From the NCBI RefSeq assembly GCF_021028975.2, contig NC_059440.1, positions 31,186,001-31,250,000 on the forward strand: a stretch of DNA of 64,000 nt, given 5' to 3'. This document shows positions 14,437 through 27,600 of the stretch, piece by piece (the stretch's first letter is position 1; every line of letters starts with the position of its first letter). The position numbers were made by a program, and so were the translations under genes. Source of the DNA: Sphaerodactylus townsendi. Taxonomy: Eukaryota. The notes under the pieces were generated by a model. It saw only the letters and a list, made by a program, of their open reading frames with translations. It was not told the origin of the DNA and searched no databases.

Positions 14437-15599
14437 CCCTAGATTATTCACTCCAGAGGAACTGTCCCTCCAGGTTCTGCAGTCCCCACTGCAACCCCCC
14501 CCCCCCCAAATAAACCCCTATATGCACTGAAAGGAGATTGTTTGGGGGTTGGGAGATCTGAGCAGTCTACTCTGACATCCGCAGCTGCCTAACACACAGA
14601 AATTCAACTGCAAATAATTTCCTCATCCCTGCATCTCCAAAGCTTTACCTATTAGATTCCTGCCTGTCATGCAGCCTCCACACTACCAGGCTTGGTCAGC
14701 ACTTCATTCTCCCCACAAGCTGCCAGAACAGTTATAGGGAAGGAATTGGGGGAGGGATGTGTGTGTGTCAGATTTGTGTTCTACACGTATCCAAGGGCAC
14801 TTTGCCCATATATACCATTTAACAAAAAGATTTGTTCTGCTCAGGGAAATAGAATTTTGCATGTACCAAGAGACACCACCCTTAAATACTTTTTAAAAAA
14901 CCCCGCCCATGAGGATTAGATGCAGAAGATAACCATGTAAGAGGCTCTGTTGGAGCAAAAACCTGAGTATGAATGATATAAACACATAAATAAATACGTT
15001 CTCTGTGAGGAAAACGTGTTGTGTTTGTGGTCAGCAGCATTATTCTTAGCTCTTTAAAAAATACACAAATGTGGCTCTGTGAAAGGAAAAGGTATTTCGA
15101 ATCTTAAGGGGAATCCCTCTATGTTTGAGCGAAACACAATGGCTAGGAAAATATTCATTTATATATATATTTATATATTAAACTTATATTCACCAACTGC
15201 TAAGGGACAATTGAGAGGCTTGATCCTTATGACTTTTCTCTGAAAGATTTTGTTCTGCATTATCTTAACAAACAGGGTGAGTTCCTTGGGCAAAGTGTGG
15301 CAGTCGTTCTTCTCAGGTAAAGGCACTTTTCACATGCTCAGGGACAGCCCCCTCTCAGGACCATAATAAGACAAAGACTCTCCAGGACTTTAAGCCCCAA
15401 CCATCTATGTCCCTGCAGACTCCCAAAGGGGCCAGCATTTCTTGAAACCCCCAAGACAGCTTCTCTCTGCAACTGCTCCAGCCATCAAGTCCTTTGGCTC
15501 TGGCCAGCCAACATCTGCCACCAATCTTCAGCGGGCCATTTTTCTTGCAGACCCTTTTCAGGCATTGGTTCCGTGCAAAAGAAAGCACTCCCCACGTGC

Positions 15600-17130
15600 T
15601 CAGGAAAACGCTGCCGCGGCATCCTTTCAGAGACCCTGTCCTGCCGGCGCTCTGCACATGCTCAACGGCCTCTCCGCCCTCAGCGCCCTTAAGGGCGAAC
15701 TCCTCTCCGCCCCCCCCCCCCTTCCTCCGCGCAAGGAAACCGAAAGGCGGCCTGGCTGCCGGAGCCGCGCCTTGGCCCAGCCCGCCGCCCCGCCCTGTGG
15801 CGCAGGAGAGCCGGTGGCCGACGAGCCTCCCGGAGCCCCCGACTCGCTCGGCGGCCGTCAGGGCCCAGGCGCTCCGCCCGCCTCGCCTCGCCTCCCGGCC
15901 GGCCAGGCCCGCGCCGTGTCGTGAGGCGGCGCGGAGGCGAAGCGACGCGACTAGGCCGCGGCGAGCCGGGGACTGGCGTAGCCGCCGTGGCCGGGTGGCG
16001 TAGGGCGAGGGCCGGGCAGGCGGCGCGCGGCGAGGCCCTCCGCTCCGGGCCGCCTCCTCCTCCTCCTGCTCCCCGATGTGGCTGCAGCAGCGGCTGAAGG
16101 GGCTGCCGGGCCTGGGGTCGAGCAGCTGGGCGAGGCGGCTGCTGGCCCTGCTGAGCTTCGTGCTGGTGGCCTACTGGTACCTCGGCGGGGCCTGGCCGCG
16201 CCTGCTGCCCTGGAGGCCCGGCCGGCCGGCGGGGGGCGCGGCGGGGCTGTGCCTGCAGGCCGAGACCCGGGCCTGGCAGGCCTTGGCCGAGAGGGGCGAG
16301 GCCCGCCTGCTGCAGTTGCCGCCCGGGTCCGGCGCAGGAGACCCCGAGGCCCCGCTGGCCCTGGTGGGCAACGGGCACCTGCTGCTGGACGTGGCCGCCA
16401 ACCAGCTGTGGGTGGCCCCGGCCCTGGGCAAGGGTGCCGCCTCCGCCTCCCCTTCTCTGGGCACCGAGTACCCGGCCTTGGCCCAGCTGAGGACCCCGGG
16501 CAATGCCCTGGGCGAGACAGGGGCCGCCGCGGTCATGCTGAGGGACGGGGCCGTCCACCGGGCCCGCTGCGTCCACATGGGGCCGGCGGCCTCCGACGGG
16601 GCGGCCCGGGAGTGCGTGGCCGTGCGGGAGGAGGTGCTGGCCCACCGTGGGCGGCCACACCTGTACCTGCAGCGCCTGGCCATTGTCAACCCCACCGAGC
16701 GACAGGTGGCCTTTGAGGTGTCCGGCCCGCTCTCAGCGGCCTCCCTGACTCTTGGCGGCGGCGGGGCCAAGACCGGCAGCAAGTTTGTCACCAGCGTGGA
16801 GAAAGTGGGAGACCGGCAGTTCCTGCTCTCCTCGGGCCGCGTGCTCCAGCCAGACGGTGCCAAGGTGGTGCTGGTGGTGGTGGCCGCCAAGAAGTTGGTC
16901 ACCCGGGTGCAGGTGGTGCCCAAGTCGCAGTTTGAAGAGACCTTGGTGTCTGTGGTTCACACCTCTGAGCCCATCGACGTCTCCCAGCTGGACGAGACCT
17001 TCAGCAAGCTCCGGGAGGCGGCCAAAAGGGAGATGCTGGAGGTGCTGAGGGTGAGGGTGGAAGACCTCCTGCAGGAACATCGCAAGGCCTGGGCCGACCT
17101 GTTCATCTCAGGTGAGGGGGCTGCCTCTTG
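15600..17130. promoter_or_regulatory. CpG island / KIAA2013 promoter and exon 1
   Basis: Very GC- and CpG-rich stretch with GC boxes (ccgccc) before and across the KIAA2013 ATG; boundaries approximate. Confidence 0.85.
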
Positions 17131-19176
17131 ACCCCCGACTCAGTGCTGCTGCCTGTTCTCAGAATCCCTAATTAGGACTGGATTTTGTCGAAGGCTTTCA
17201 TGGCCGGAATCACTTGGGTGCTGTGTGGTTTCCAGGCTGTAGATCTGAAGATGCCAGCCACAGATGCAGGCGAAACTTCAGGAGAGAATGCTGCTAGAAC
17301 ACAGCCATACAGCCCGGAAACCACACAGCACCCTAGGACTGGATTAATTGGAATTGGTTTGTATACCGCATTCATGGCCTGCCCGCTCTTCCACTGTGGA
17401 AGGACCAAAGTTCAAGCTCTGGCATTTAAACTTGAAAAGATGATGCAGTGATATAAAAGATCTCTGCCTACAATGCTGGAGAGTGGCTGCCAGGCAGACA
17501 ATACTGATCTTTAGGGTGTTGTTGGTTTACTGGGTTGTGTGGCCGTACTCCAGCAGCATTTTCATTTGACGTTTCACCTGCATCTGTGGCTGGCATCTTC
17601 AGAAGATCTGATAGTAGTAAATTCTACTGGAACACAGCCATACAACCCAGAAAACCCACAGCACCCTAGTGATTCTGGCTGAGAAAGCCTTCGACAACAC
17701 AATACTGATCTTGAGAGTCTGATTCAGGCATGTGTTTCATTTGGAGCTCAAGGCAGCCTGCATGTGCTCTTAGGTAGGCGTTGCCCAGAGCCATTTAGCT
17801 ACAGATAGCTAAAATAAATGGAAGCTGTGGAGCACCTTTAAGGCTGACATTTTACTTTGGCGTAAGCCCGCCATTCTCAGCCAGGGCACCGTGGTACCCT
17901 GGGGTACCATGAGCATGTCCCAGGGGTACTGCGGCAACACTACTGCCCCCCTCCCTCATTTTTGTGGTGTCTCCCACCAGCACCAGCAAGGACATTGAGC
18001 TGGCCCATGGGGCAGGGCCTGCCACAAGGTCAGCAGCCCCCCCCCCAAGTGGGGTGTGTGGCAAGCAGGGGCAATGGGAGGGGAAGGTGGAGGGTGGCGG
18101 CAGGGGTACCGTGAGATATGAAGAGTGAGGTCAAGGGTACCCTGACCTCGAAAAGGTTGGGAAACACTGGCGTAAGCTTTAGTGGACAAAAGCCCCCTTT
18201 TACAGAACGTACATTACATTACGTTAGATGAAATTGTAATATAACCAGCATTGAGCTTTTGACTTGAGAGCAAGAAAAGCTAGGAAAGGAACCTAATCCA
18301 TTTCTTAATGTTGCAGGGGTGGAAATGAGGAAGATCACGGATGCTCACACGCCTTCCAGCAAGACGGTCAACATGACACTCTATTACGTTCTGTCCACCA
18401 CCCCAGCTCCCCTTCTGGAGCCTCTCATTAGCAGTGAGGAAAAGGAGAAGATGGGAGCCACGCTGAACTATGCTGACCACTGCTTCAGCGGCCACGCCAC
18501 CATGCACGCAGAGACCCTCTGGCCGGCGCACTTGCCGAGCGTGTCTCAGGTCCTGCAGCTCTCAGATTTGTGGAAGCTGACCCTGCAGAAAAGAGGGTGC
18601 AGAGGCCTTCTGGCGGCCGGAGCCCACGGCCTCATGCAAGGGATGGTGCTCAGCTTTGGAGGGCTGCAGTTTACAGAGAACCACCTCCAGTTTCAAGCTG
18701 ACCCAGATGTGCTCCATAACAGCTACTCCTTGCGTGGGATTCATTACAACAAGGACTTGATCAACCTGGCCGTTCTGCTGGACGCGGATGGGAAGCCCTT
18801 CCTGCACGTCTCTGTGAAGTTCCAAGAGAAGCCGGTCCAGCTGTACGCCTGCGAGGGGGGCTGCTCGAATGAGCCTGTCGAGCTCACTTCGGAGCTGCGT
18901 GGCCACACTTTCCCCGTCATGGTGACGCAGCCCATCACGCCGCTGCTCTACATCTCGACAGACTTGGTCCACTTGCAGGATCTGAGGCACACGCTGCACC
19001 TGAAGGCGATCCTGGCGCACGAAGAGCACATGGCGAAGCAGTACCCCGGCTTGCCCTTCCTCTTCTGGTTCAGCGTGGCCTCCCTCATCACCCTCTTCCA
19101 CTTGTTCCTCTTCAAGCTCATTTACAATGAGTATTGTGGACCGGGGGCAAAGCCGCTATTCCGAAGCAAAGTGTGA
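16076..19176 (+). CDS. KIAA2013: KIAA2013 uncharacterized membrane protein (DUF2152-type), two main coding exons
   Basis: Exon 1 16076-17111 (MWLQQRLKGLPGL...WADLFIS, donor G|GTGAG) and exon 2 18317-19176 (acceptor ttgcag; GVEMRKITDAHTPSS...NYADHCFSGHATMHAE...YNEYCGPGAKPLFRSKV*). N- and C-terminal hydrophobic segments. A donor at 19170/19171 could splice to a short last exon (e.g. 19775-19780, GAT TAA after a polypyrimidine tract). Confidence 0.95.
17868..18169. mobile_element. hAT MITE in KIAA2013 intron 1
   Basis: Perfect 8-bp TSD GCGTAAGC; right end GGTTGGGAAACACTG; internal inverted GGTACC motifs. Confidence 0.8.
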
Positions 19177-21507
19177 AGCCAGCCGTGCCGGGATGTAGGT
19201 GCTGGATGCTTTGGCAGCCGAGTCTTTGTCTTGGGTATCTGATCCCAGGCTCCCCAGCCTGAAAGTAAGGGGACAGAGTGGAATGTCCTGTGGACAAGCT
19301 CTCTCTGTGTGAGTGTATGAAGGAGTAGCAGCCCACATTCAGTTTTTCTTTGTTTTAAAGTTTGCTCTGGTAGGGAATTATTTTTGAGGATGGGGTGCAC
19401 TTTTAGCACAGTTTCTATTTTTGGGGACCACAGTTGCCTCCGGAATGGTTCATTGCAGGAAGCAGCGTGCCACTGAATGTTTGGAGGTTTCAGCTATGCA
19501 GGTACAGGAGGGGATCTGTTAAAATGCTCACTAATGTGAAGATCCCAGAATGAAGCTGACAGATTGACCCTCAGGGTTTCTGGCTTCTACCTTCTCCCCT
19601 GGTGGCAGGAAGTATTATGTTAGATTATTATTGGAATCTGATGGGTGCCAAGAAACTTTTAAGGCAAAGGAGACTAAAGAACAGCCTCACTTGCTTCTGT
19701 CACCAGCATGTTCTAGGCTGGAACTAAGGTTGCTGAACTAGAGTTGTTCCTTTTCCCACTCCTTTCCTTGGCAGGATTAAGTGCTGAATGGGGGTAGTTC
19801 TAGTAAACTCAGGAGACAAGCAGAGAAGTCAGCCAGGGGACATCGAGGCCTTGACTTCAAGTTTCCCTTTTTTTTCCTTCCAGAGGTGGGGAGGGAGGAC
19901 AGCAGCTGGAACGACGAGAAACTGGAGCCCAGTTGTGCTTTAGGACTTGAAGTGTGCAAACCCAGCCAGCAGTATCAATTGACGGGGCAAGCAGGTGTTG
20001 GCCAGTGAACGTTAGCAGCTATTTGCAAGTTGAATGTTCTTTGTTGGCTCTGAAAATTAGATTTTGGTGTAAAATGCAGAGGAGGAAGAGTGCAGATCTG
20101 GCCTCCCATCACAGCAAAGAAATCCACAAGCTCTTTCTGTCAGTCACTTTGTAATTTTTTTTAATGCAGCAGAGAAAGAAAGAAATAGTTAGAAATCCCC
20201 ATTGTGGAGTGTGCATACTACTGGAAACTTAGAATTCACTCAGATTCTTTTTATTCTGCGTGGCGTGTGTGTGTGTGTGTGTCTTTTTTGAAGATCTAAA
20301 ATTCTCATGGCCTTTTTCTTCTTTTGCATCATGCCCTTGTTAAAAAGCAGCCGGCGCAAATATCTGCTGCCATTTCCTCAGTATAAAGAACACGCAGCTG
20401 CTGCTGAAATCAGCAACTCTGTCAGTCCTTGTTCCTGGACATGTCTGGTAAATGTACGCCATGCATTCCATTGTATGCCATGACAGCATCACATGGGAAA
20501 CTGTCCAGGCAAATAGTGACCTGTGGAGGAGAGCCAGTGAGCATCTCACTAGTGTTAGGTCTCTGTACTTTGGGATTTAATTTCAGGGAAAGGGGAGGAG
20601 GAAGAGAAGGAGCCCTTCTTTTGACAGCAGCCATACTCTCTCTGGGTAGCTGCACAACCGCTTGCCTTCCTGTCTGAGAACACCGTCTTTTCTCAGTATT
20701 TTAGCCAAGGAGCGCATGTAGCGTAGAGGAAAACAATCCTGCGTAGCTCCCAAGCACACAAGTGGTTAGGAGCTGCTGTGTGGGGGCAGGTATTATTTAA
20801 AGACAGCACAGTAAAAAGACTCCACTTTGGGCAGAAGTGATATCCTTTGGAGCATTTTTGACCTGCAAGTGAGATGGACACTGTAGAAGCTGTTCCCCAG
20901 CAACCTGCTCTTTGTGCCTTGTGGCGAAAGAAACAAGAACTTTTGGGAGATCTTTCTCTTTTGAACCCTTTCTCTCCTGAGGTGTGTTGGTTTCCATAAT
21001 ATGTACTCCCTTTAGTGGAGAATACTTGAAAATTACACTGTCTTTTCCCCTGGTTAATTTTATAGGAAAGTGAACTAGCCTTTTCTCTCTTTTTTGGCTC
21101 CAGACTTATCTGGATGTCACAGTTCTACTCTCCCTTCCTCCTCCTAATTGAATGTTGCCTCATTTTCTGTGTACATTTTTAATTTATTGTTGGTGGATTT
21201 GGGAAGTTGAATCATTGCAACTTTGAGAGTGAATAACAGCCAATTAAGAATGTATATATTTGTCTCTCATGCATTCATCCCACGCTGCAAATGGGTTTCT
21301 CAGCCTTTTGTGAACAAAGCATACAAAATAATCAGCGTTAATTGAAGGGGTGAATGTAGGTGAGACCCACTGATTTTCTTGTTCCAAATTTGTTGCAATG
21401 TCCTATTTCTAAATTCTGGGTTGTGGGTGAAGACACGGGCTTCCTGATGGTTTGAACATGAATTTTGATTGATTTTTACAAATACCAAAGGTTTTGTTTT
21501 TTTAGGA

Positions 21508-21513
21508 AATAAA
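21508..21513 (+). terminator. Probable KIAA2013 polyadenylation signal
   Basis: AATAAA at the end of a long AT-rich 3' UTR-like stretch, followed by GT-rich sequence. Confidence 0.5.
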
Positions 21514-22243
21514 TGCTGTTCAAGTCTACAGTTGGTGGTTATAGTCTTTGTACGTTCTGTGGGGTGGGTTTTTTTCCCCTTGGGTAGCTGATGTCTGTCA
21601 CATTGGCCCTCACTGCTGACAGGCAGCCTGGCCCTTTACACTGTGCTGAATGAATGCGACACATTGCATTGCTTACACATGTCCCTTTAAAAGCCTCACC
21701 TTACTAATATCACAGATAGTAGGAGAATCTTCCTGCTGTTTTCCATGTTGCACAGCTAGCTCTCTCTTTACACATTGCATCTCCTGGACCAACCTGCATT
21801 TTTACCTCCTGTAAATCATGCTGCAGTTCAGAATCAAGGAAAATACATCAACTTTAAAAGAGTACCACATTTAAAATTCACAAGCAAATTCAAGTCAGAG
21901 CAGCTGGCTTCAGTATGCCTCATTTAGTACCAGCACCATAATAGCTAGTCCCAGCAGCTAGATAGCCCAGACAGGTAGAAAGAAGTTGTGAGCAACCTGA
22001 AATGAAGTGGAAGAACTTGCAAGAAAACACCAGCCTGCCAATAGAGCCCCTTGCAAGCTGGGGCATCAAAATGTCAGCCAATGTTGCTTTCCCCCAAAGT
22101 GTGAGCTGCTGGCACCTTGCAGAATGCCCACGGGGTGGCACGCTGTTCCAAGCACCAGAAATCAAAGTGCTCTTGAGTTGGGTTCTCTGGTCTCTAGCAG
22201 TGTGTCTCTCTTTGCTGTTGTCTCCTGAGCTGAGAAGGCTTCC

Positions 22244-22365
22244 ATGGCAGAAGTCAGCAGCCAATATTTCTTTACTTCATCCATGCCTCTCAAGGGCCGC
22301 CAGACTCAGGTGGGCAACACAACCCTAATCCCAAAGCACGAGAAGATGGCCTTCTTAACTGGCAG
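22244..22365 (+). CDS. Candidate first coding exon of the guanylyl cyclase
   Basis: Open frame MAEVSSQYFFTSSMPLKGRQTQVGNTTLIPKHEKMAFLTG ending AG|GTAGG in phase 2, which matches the single leftover G at the 24664 acceptor. An in-frame ATG at 22346 (aagATGG) is an alternative start. Confidence 0.55.
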
Positions 22366-24663
22366 GTAGGCACCAGAATGGAGAACGAGGCCAGCTTGGT
22401 TTTCCTGAATTTTACTGGGTGGTGGTATAGGCTTTGCAGAGGAAACATCTAAATGGGTCAGGAAGGTACAAATGCGAAGGATGGGAAGATGCAGGAAGCC
22501 GAGGGTAGAAAACATTAAATAAAAATATACCGGAGAAGCCGCAGCGTAGAAGACAAGAAATTGCAGTTTGACCATCCTTAACTGACACAGATTTGTCTGA
22601 AAGTGACCTGTTTTCTACAAAATGTTTCTCTTTACTTTTTAACCTTCTCAAGGAACCTGATTTTTATTATTCAAGAAAAGTAAATTTTACATCACCCAGC
22701 ATTGCTTGCAATGCAGGTAAAATTTAATATCCTACACTGCACACACAGTGTTCAGGGGTATTCTTTATTTTTTTAAAATCCCCCCCTTGAAATTCAATTT
22801 CTCGATTTTCTGAATTAGTAAGAAGCTGTGCCAAGACAAAGGGGCTAGAGATTGACCTATCAACAAATACTGGGTTTCGTGTGTGCCCTAGATTTGTTGT
22901 TTCCATATTATTTCCATGCCCCAAAATATTATAGAGGGTAATGTCAGAACTATTTAAAAATAAAAGATGTTTGGGGAGGAAGAAATTAAGTGAGGGATAC
23001 AAAATCCATTAAAGGTAAAAAAAATAATTTCCTATTTTTAATATGTTCTTGGTGTGCGGTTTTAAAGCACAGTATCAGCTTGAACCAAAACATTCAGCTG
23101 CGGTTGGGAACTGAATTCCATGCAAGAAAAACAATCCCTGATAAATCCTCCATTCCCCAAAAAGATTGAACTATAAACATTTCAGACAATGCTGCAGTGG
23201 ATACCCACCATTAACATCTGCTTTAAGAAAGGCTGCAAATAAGGAAATGCTGAATTATGACATCAATATATCCAAGTAAAGGAAGACATAAAACCATTAT
23301 TAAGTGCTGTTTATATTTTTAACATTCAAAAACCTAGATTTGCACTACAGTTCATAATTGCATTATCTAAGATGAGTTACTGAGAGTAACTTTCTCAAAT
23401 ATCTTTCTGTTAGTGGCATCCAAATTCTCCATCTCTCAGCTTATGATCATGGCTAAAATTCACCCCGTTTTTTAGCTCCTGCATTAATTGTAGAAACCAT
23501 TCTATTTGATCTACACTGCAAAATGTCAGCACATTTAATTGTTCAAGAAATGCCTATAAAGAGATTGCAAAATCATCTCTCCATTGTGGGGGGCCATAAC
23601 AGATAAACCCCTTTTAGTCAGTACAAGTTTGTAATCTGGATATGCCCTTAAAAAATGCCAGCTGTTGTGCAAGGGAGGAAAAATACAGCTCAGCAAGAGA
23701 CTGGCGTGACTTTGGAGGAGCAGCTTTCCTTTGACAGGAACACAAATGGGTAATTTAAAAAGCATCTCTATTTAAAAGGTGGTGCAAATTAACACTCAGG
23801 GGAATCTCAGTCTGTCTCTTGATCAGCGGTCGCAAATGTGTAACATCCGGGAAGAGTTCAGTGATGTAGAACCGGATTAAAAAAAAAAACCTTACACAAT
23901 TCCACCTGCGAAATGCACCTACTTCAGTCCAATTCTGAAAAAATAGTCCAATTCAAGAAAAAAAAAGACTGCTCCCTCCATTATCTTAATGCGATTCAAA
24001 GGAGTCCCTGTGATCACACTGGAATTGTTATATTTCACATCTACCCCACTCATGGAAAGAAAGATCTGAAGAGAGATGAATAAATAGTGCCTTTGGATCA
24101 CACTGGTGAAATGTTTTTGGCACAAACAGTAGTGAAAAGAAACAGAGAATTTTTCCGAGGACCAGAGCTGTGTCTCTGGTTCAAATCCCTATTTAGCCAT
24201 AAAGTCTGTTAGGTGACCTTGGGTGAGTCACCTTCTCTCAGGTGAGTCTATCCCACAATGCTGCTCTCAGGACCATTTTGTGGGTGGGGTGCGTGGGTGG
24301 GTGGGACCTATGCGCTTTATCCTAACTTCCTTAGAGGTAGGGGGTAAGGATACAAATACAGTGAACAAATGCTTAAAAATAATAAACACAATATATCAGC
24401 TGAGCCCAAGATGCTTTTAAAAAATTCTAAGAGGAGCTTTGTGTATCTGACACATTGCCCATTGATGAAGGTTTCCGTGAAACCTGGAAGACTGCAAGCC
24501 AACTTAAACTGACCCAGTAAAGAAAGAAATGCAACCCTTGCTTTCTTCTGAGACCAAATGCTGCCATGTGTGGGCCTCAACACTTACCTTTTCTAGGAAG
24601 CCTTTGACCCAAACTTCTGCCTCTATTTTCTGCACCACTGACCAAAGTATCATCTCTTTCCAG

Positions 24664-27600
24664 GTGTGGTACCAGCAAGCCGGTGAGACGGGTTTGGGCT
24701 GCCTGCCTGGTCTCTCTGCTTGCCCTGATGGCTAGTGTCTCTCTTGAGTTAAACACCACCCTGGACTTGTGGGGGAACATTGAGAAAGCCCTTGGAGGCT
24801 TGCCTTCATGTCAGACTCTTCTGGTTCTTCAACTCGTTGGTTTCCTTCAGGAAGAGGGGAAGTATCCTTGCTGCCAGTGGGGCAAGAGAGACGGTGAAGG
24901 GGAGGCTCAAGAAAACCCATTGTTGCCAGAGCGGATGCTGAAGACGTTAGCTGTTCTCTGTGAAGAGGCTGGAAAGAAGGTTCTGGAAGTGAAACAGCAA
25001 TGCAAAGAAGGGGAAGATTTTGAGTGCCAGGTTTTCATCAACAAGGTAAGATGGAAACTAAACAACACTCACGTACCACAGATGGTTCTTGCGCATTCCA
25101 GGATTATTTTAGAACTTTTGGAGATGTTGGAGAGCCCAGAAGAGGACCTCAAGGCTACAAGGTCAAACCCCGATTGGGTTGATGTGGCATCTCTCAGACT
25201 CATCCTGCGGCTTAAAGGGGCCATCCTGGATTCTCGAGAAACATTCCAATCCTCGGAAGATTTCCAAGCACGGTGGCATCAGATGTCCACCATCCTCAAC
25301 TACTATGTTTTTGCATCCGAGAACGTTCAGCACTGCTGGATGGAGAACCCAAACCTCTCCATCTCTCCCACCCAACGTGAAGGAACACCTGTCTTCACCC
25401 CCTCCTTGGACTCTCTGTCTTTTCCACCTCGTCGAAGTTTACTGAAGGCACTCGAGTCCCTCCAGGTCTGTGTGCTGGAACAAAGTCAGAAGATGCTCAG
25501 CAAGAAATCCAAGGAGGTTCTTTCCTTGGCCAGCCTCCAAGTCAGCCTCTTCCTGGTCACTGGCCTCATCTACCCCGTCATCCTCGTGTCCTTCAAGGAG
25601 ATGACAAACTGGATCCAGAGCTATGCTTGGAGCCTCAAGGAACGGACAGAGGACTTGAAACGGGAGAGGTGCTTGGCTGAGGATCTCCTCCATCAGATGT
25701 TGCCTAAGTCTGTGGCCAAGCAGCTCAGGAAGCATAAGCAAGTGGAGGCAGAGAATTACGACCAGGTGAATGAATCTATCAGCGAGGGGTGGGAGGCGGT
25801 AGAATCTCACTGTTCCTAATATCTACTCTACTGAAGCCCACCCCAAACAGGCACCCTGAAACGGTACCTTTCTTCAAAGGGTTTTCCTCCAAAATTAATG
25901 AAAAAACTAAGATACCGCTGATGTCAAATGGCTGATAGAAATGGAACCAGCAGCGACTGGCTGGGATGGGGGTAGGGGTGGGGAACAGAACCCAAACCCC
26001 TCAGCTTCCTTGTGTGTCAGCCTCTTGCAGGGAAGAACCCTGTCACCCTGTCCCTCAAAACAAACCTATCCACACTCGATTGGCCCCGATCCAGGGTCCA
26101 CGCTCCTTCCCATCGTTACCTCTCCCTCTCATCTTTTCTTGATAGGCACTCCCTTGTCTTTGTAGGGCTTTGATAGGGGAGACTGCCCCCTTCGCTCCAT
26201 GAGATAATATTTTGCACTGGATTGAGAGGGGCCATTACCCAAACAAGGCCCTTAATTGGGCAATTAGATCTTCCCCTGGAATCGAAAGCATCAAAGGCTC
26301 ATTCTAAAGGTGGGAGGGGGGCAGTGTGTTGCAGAAAACCATCTGGATATAATTATAACAAGCACCCAGGATTTAAAAATCTAAAGAAAGAGCAAGGGCA
26401 TTGAAGGATGAGCTTCAGACAGAGGTGGAAACGCCTTGTCAACCTCAGAGAGGGTATTTTGCATAGGAGCAGAAGGAAGATTATCACCTGCCGCTGTCCC
26501 TTAACTTGGCCGCTCGGCTCCCATGCTGCACAAACCAGCAGACATACTGCTATGAACCACAGAGAGCAGGGATGGACCCTACAGGCCTGGTTGGAGAGTA
26601 AAGTTCATGCTGCCCATGGTCTCCCCCTGGCAGGTGACCATCTTCTTCTCTGACGTGGTGGGCTTCACCAGTATTGCTGCCTCCTGCACACCATTGCAAG
26701 TTGTGGAGATGCTCAACAACCTCTACATCTGCTTTGATACCAGAATAGAATCGTATGATGTGTACAAGGTGAGCACCAGTCCACGCTGGCCGGCTGGTTG
26801 GTTGATTGGGAAGCAGCACAGTGAGAATCTATTTGGGTTGAGGAGAACATCCTAAGCCAGGGGTCTTCAACATATGGCCCTCCAGATGTTCACGGACTAC
26901 GATTCCCATCAGCCCCTGCCAGCATGGCCAATTGGCAGAGCTGATGGGAACTGTAGTCCATGAACATGAACATCTGGAGCTCCCAAAGGTATCTGGTGGG
27001 CCACTTTGAGTAGCAGGGTGCTGGACTAGATCGACTCTGGTCTGATCCAGCAGGCTCTTTCTTATGTTCTTATGGAGGGCCATAGGTTGGAGACCCCTGC
27101 CCTGAGCAGAAAGGAGGAACTGACATTTCAGAAGCAGTCCTTGGTCTGACATGCACCCCCATTGTTTACCTCCCCCAGGTGGAAACCATTGGAGACGCCT
27201 ACATGGTTGTGAGTGGCTTGCCAGAGAGGAACGGGACGATGCACGCCGACGAGATTGCCAAAATGGCGCTGGATTTAGTGGCAGCCGTCCGGCAGGTTGT
27301 GATACCGCACATGCCCAGTGGCAAGCTGCAGTTACGGGCAGGGATTCACACAGGTGGGCCGAAGGGGTGGGGGAGAGGTGTGGTCTGATGGCCGTGTGGG
27401 AAGGAGGCTGGTTTTGCCCCACTCATTGGGAGGACCAGACCTTGGGAGTTATTTTCATGAATCAAGTGATGGCTCAGCAGACCACCCTGTTCCACAAGTC
27501 CTGCTGTTCTTCTAACATGTGTCCTCTGTAGGTCCTTGTGTAGCCGGAGTTGTTGGATACAAAATGCCTCGCTATTGCCTCTTTGGAGACACGGTGAACA

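Noticed and set aside
14132-14442. Pro/Ala/Gly-rich ORFs repeated at 59459-59879
   Set aside because: Internal GC-rich sequence of a non-autonomous hAT element.
15442-17080. Several long overlapping ORFs around KIAA2013 exon 1
   Set aside because: Stop-poor shadow frames of a GC-rich CpG island and coding exon.
22002-22328. 108-aa ORF with a hydrophobic stretch upstream of the cyclase
   Set aside because: No recognisable homology and not in the frame that splices to the cyclase exon at 24664.
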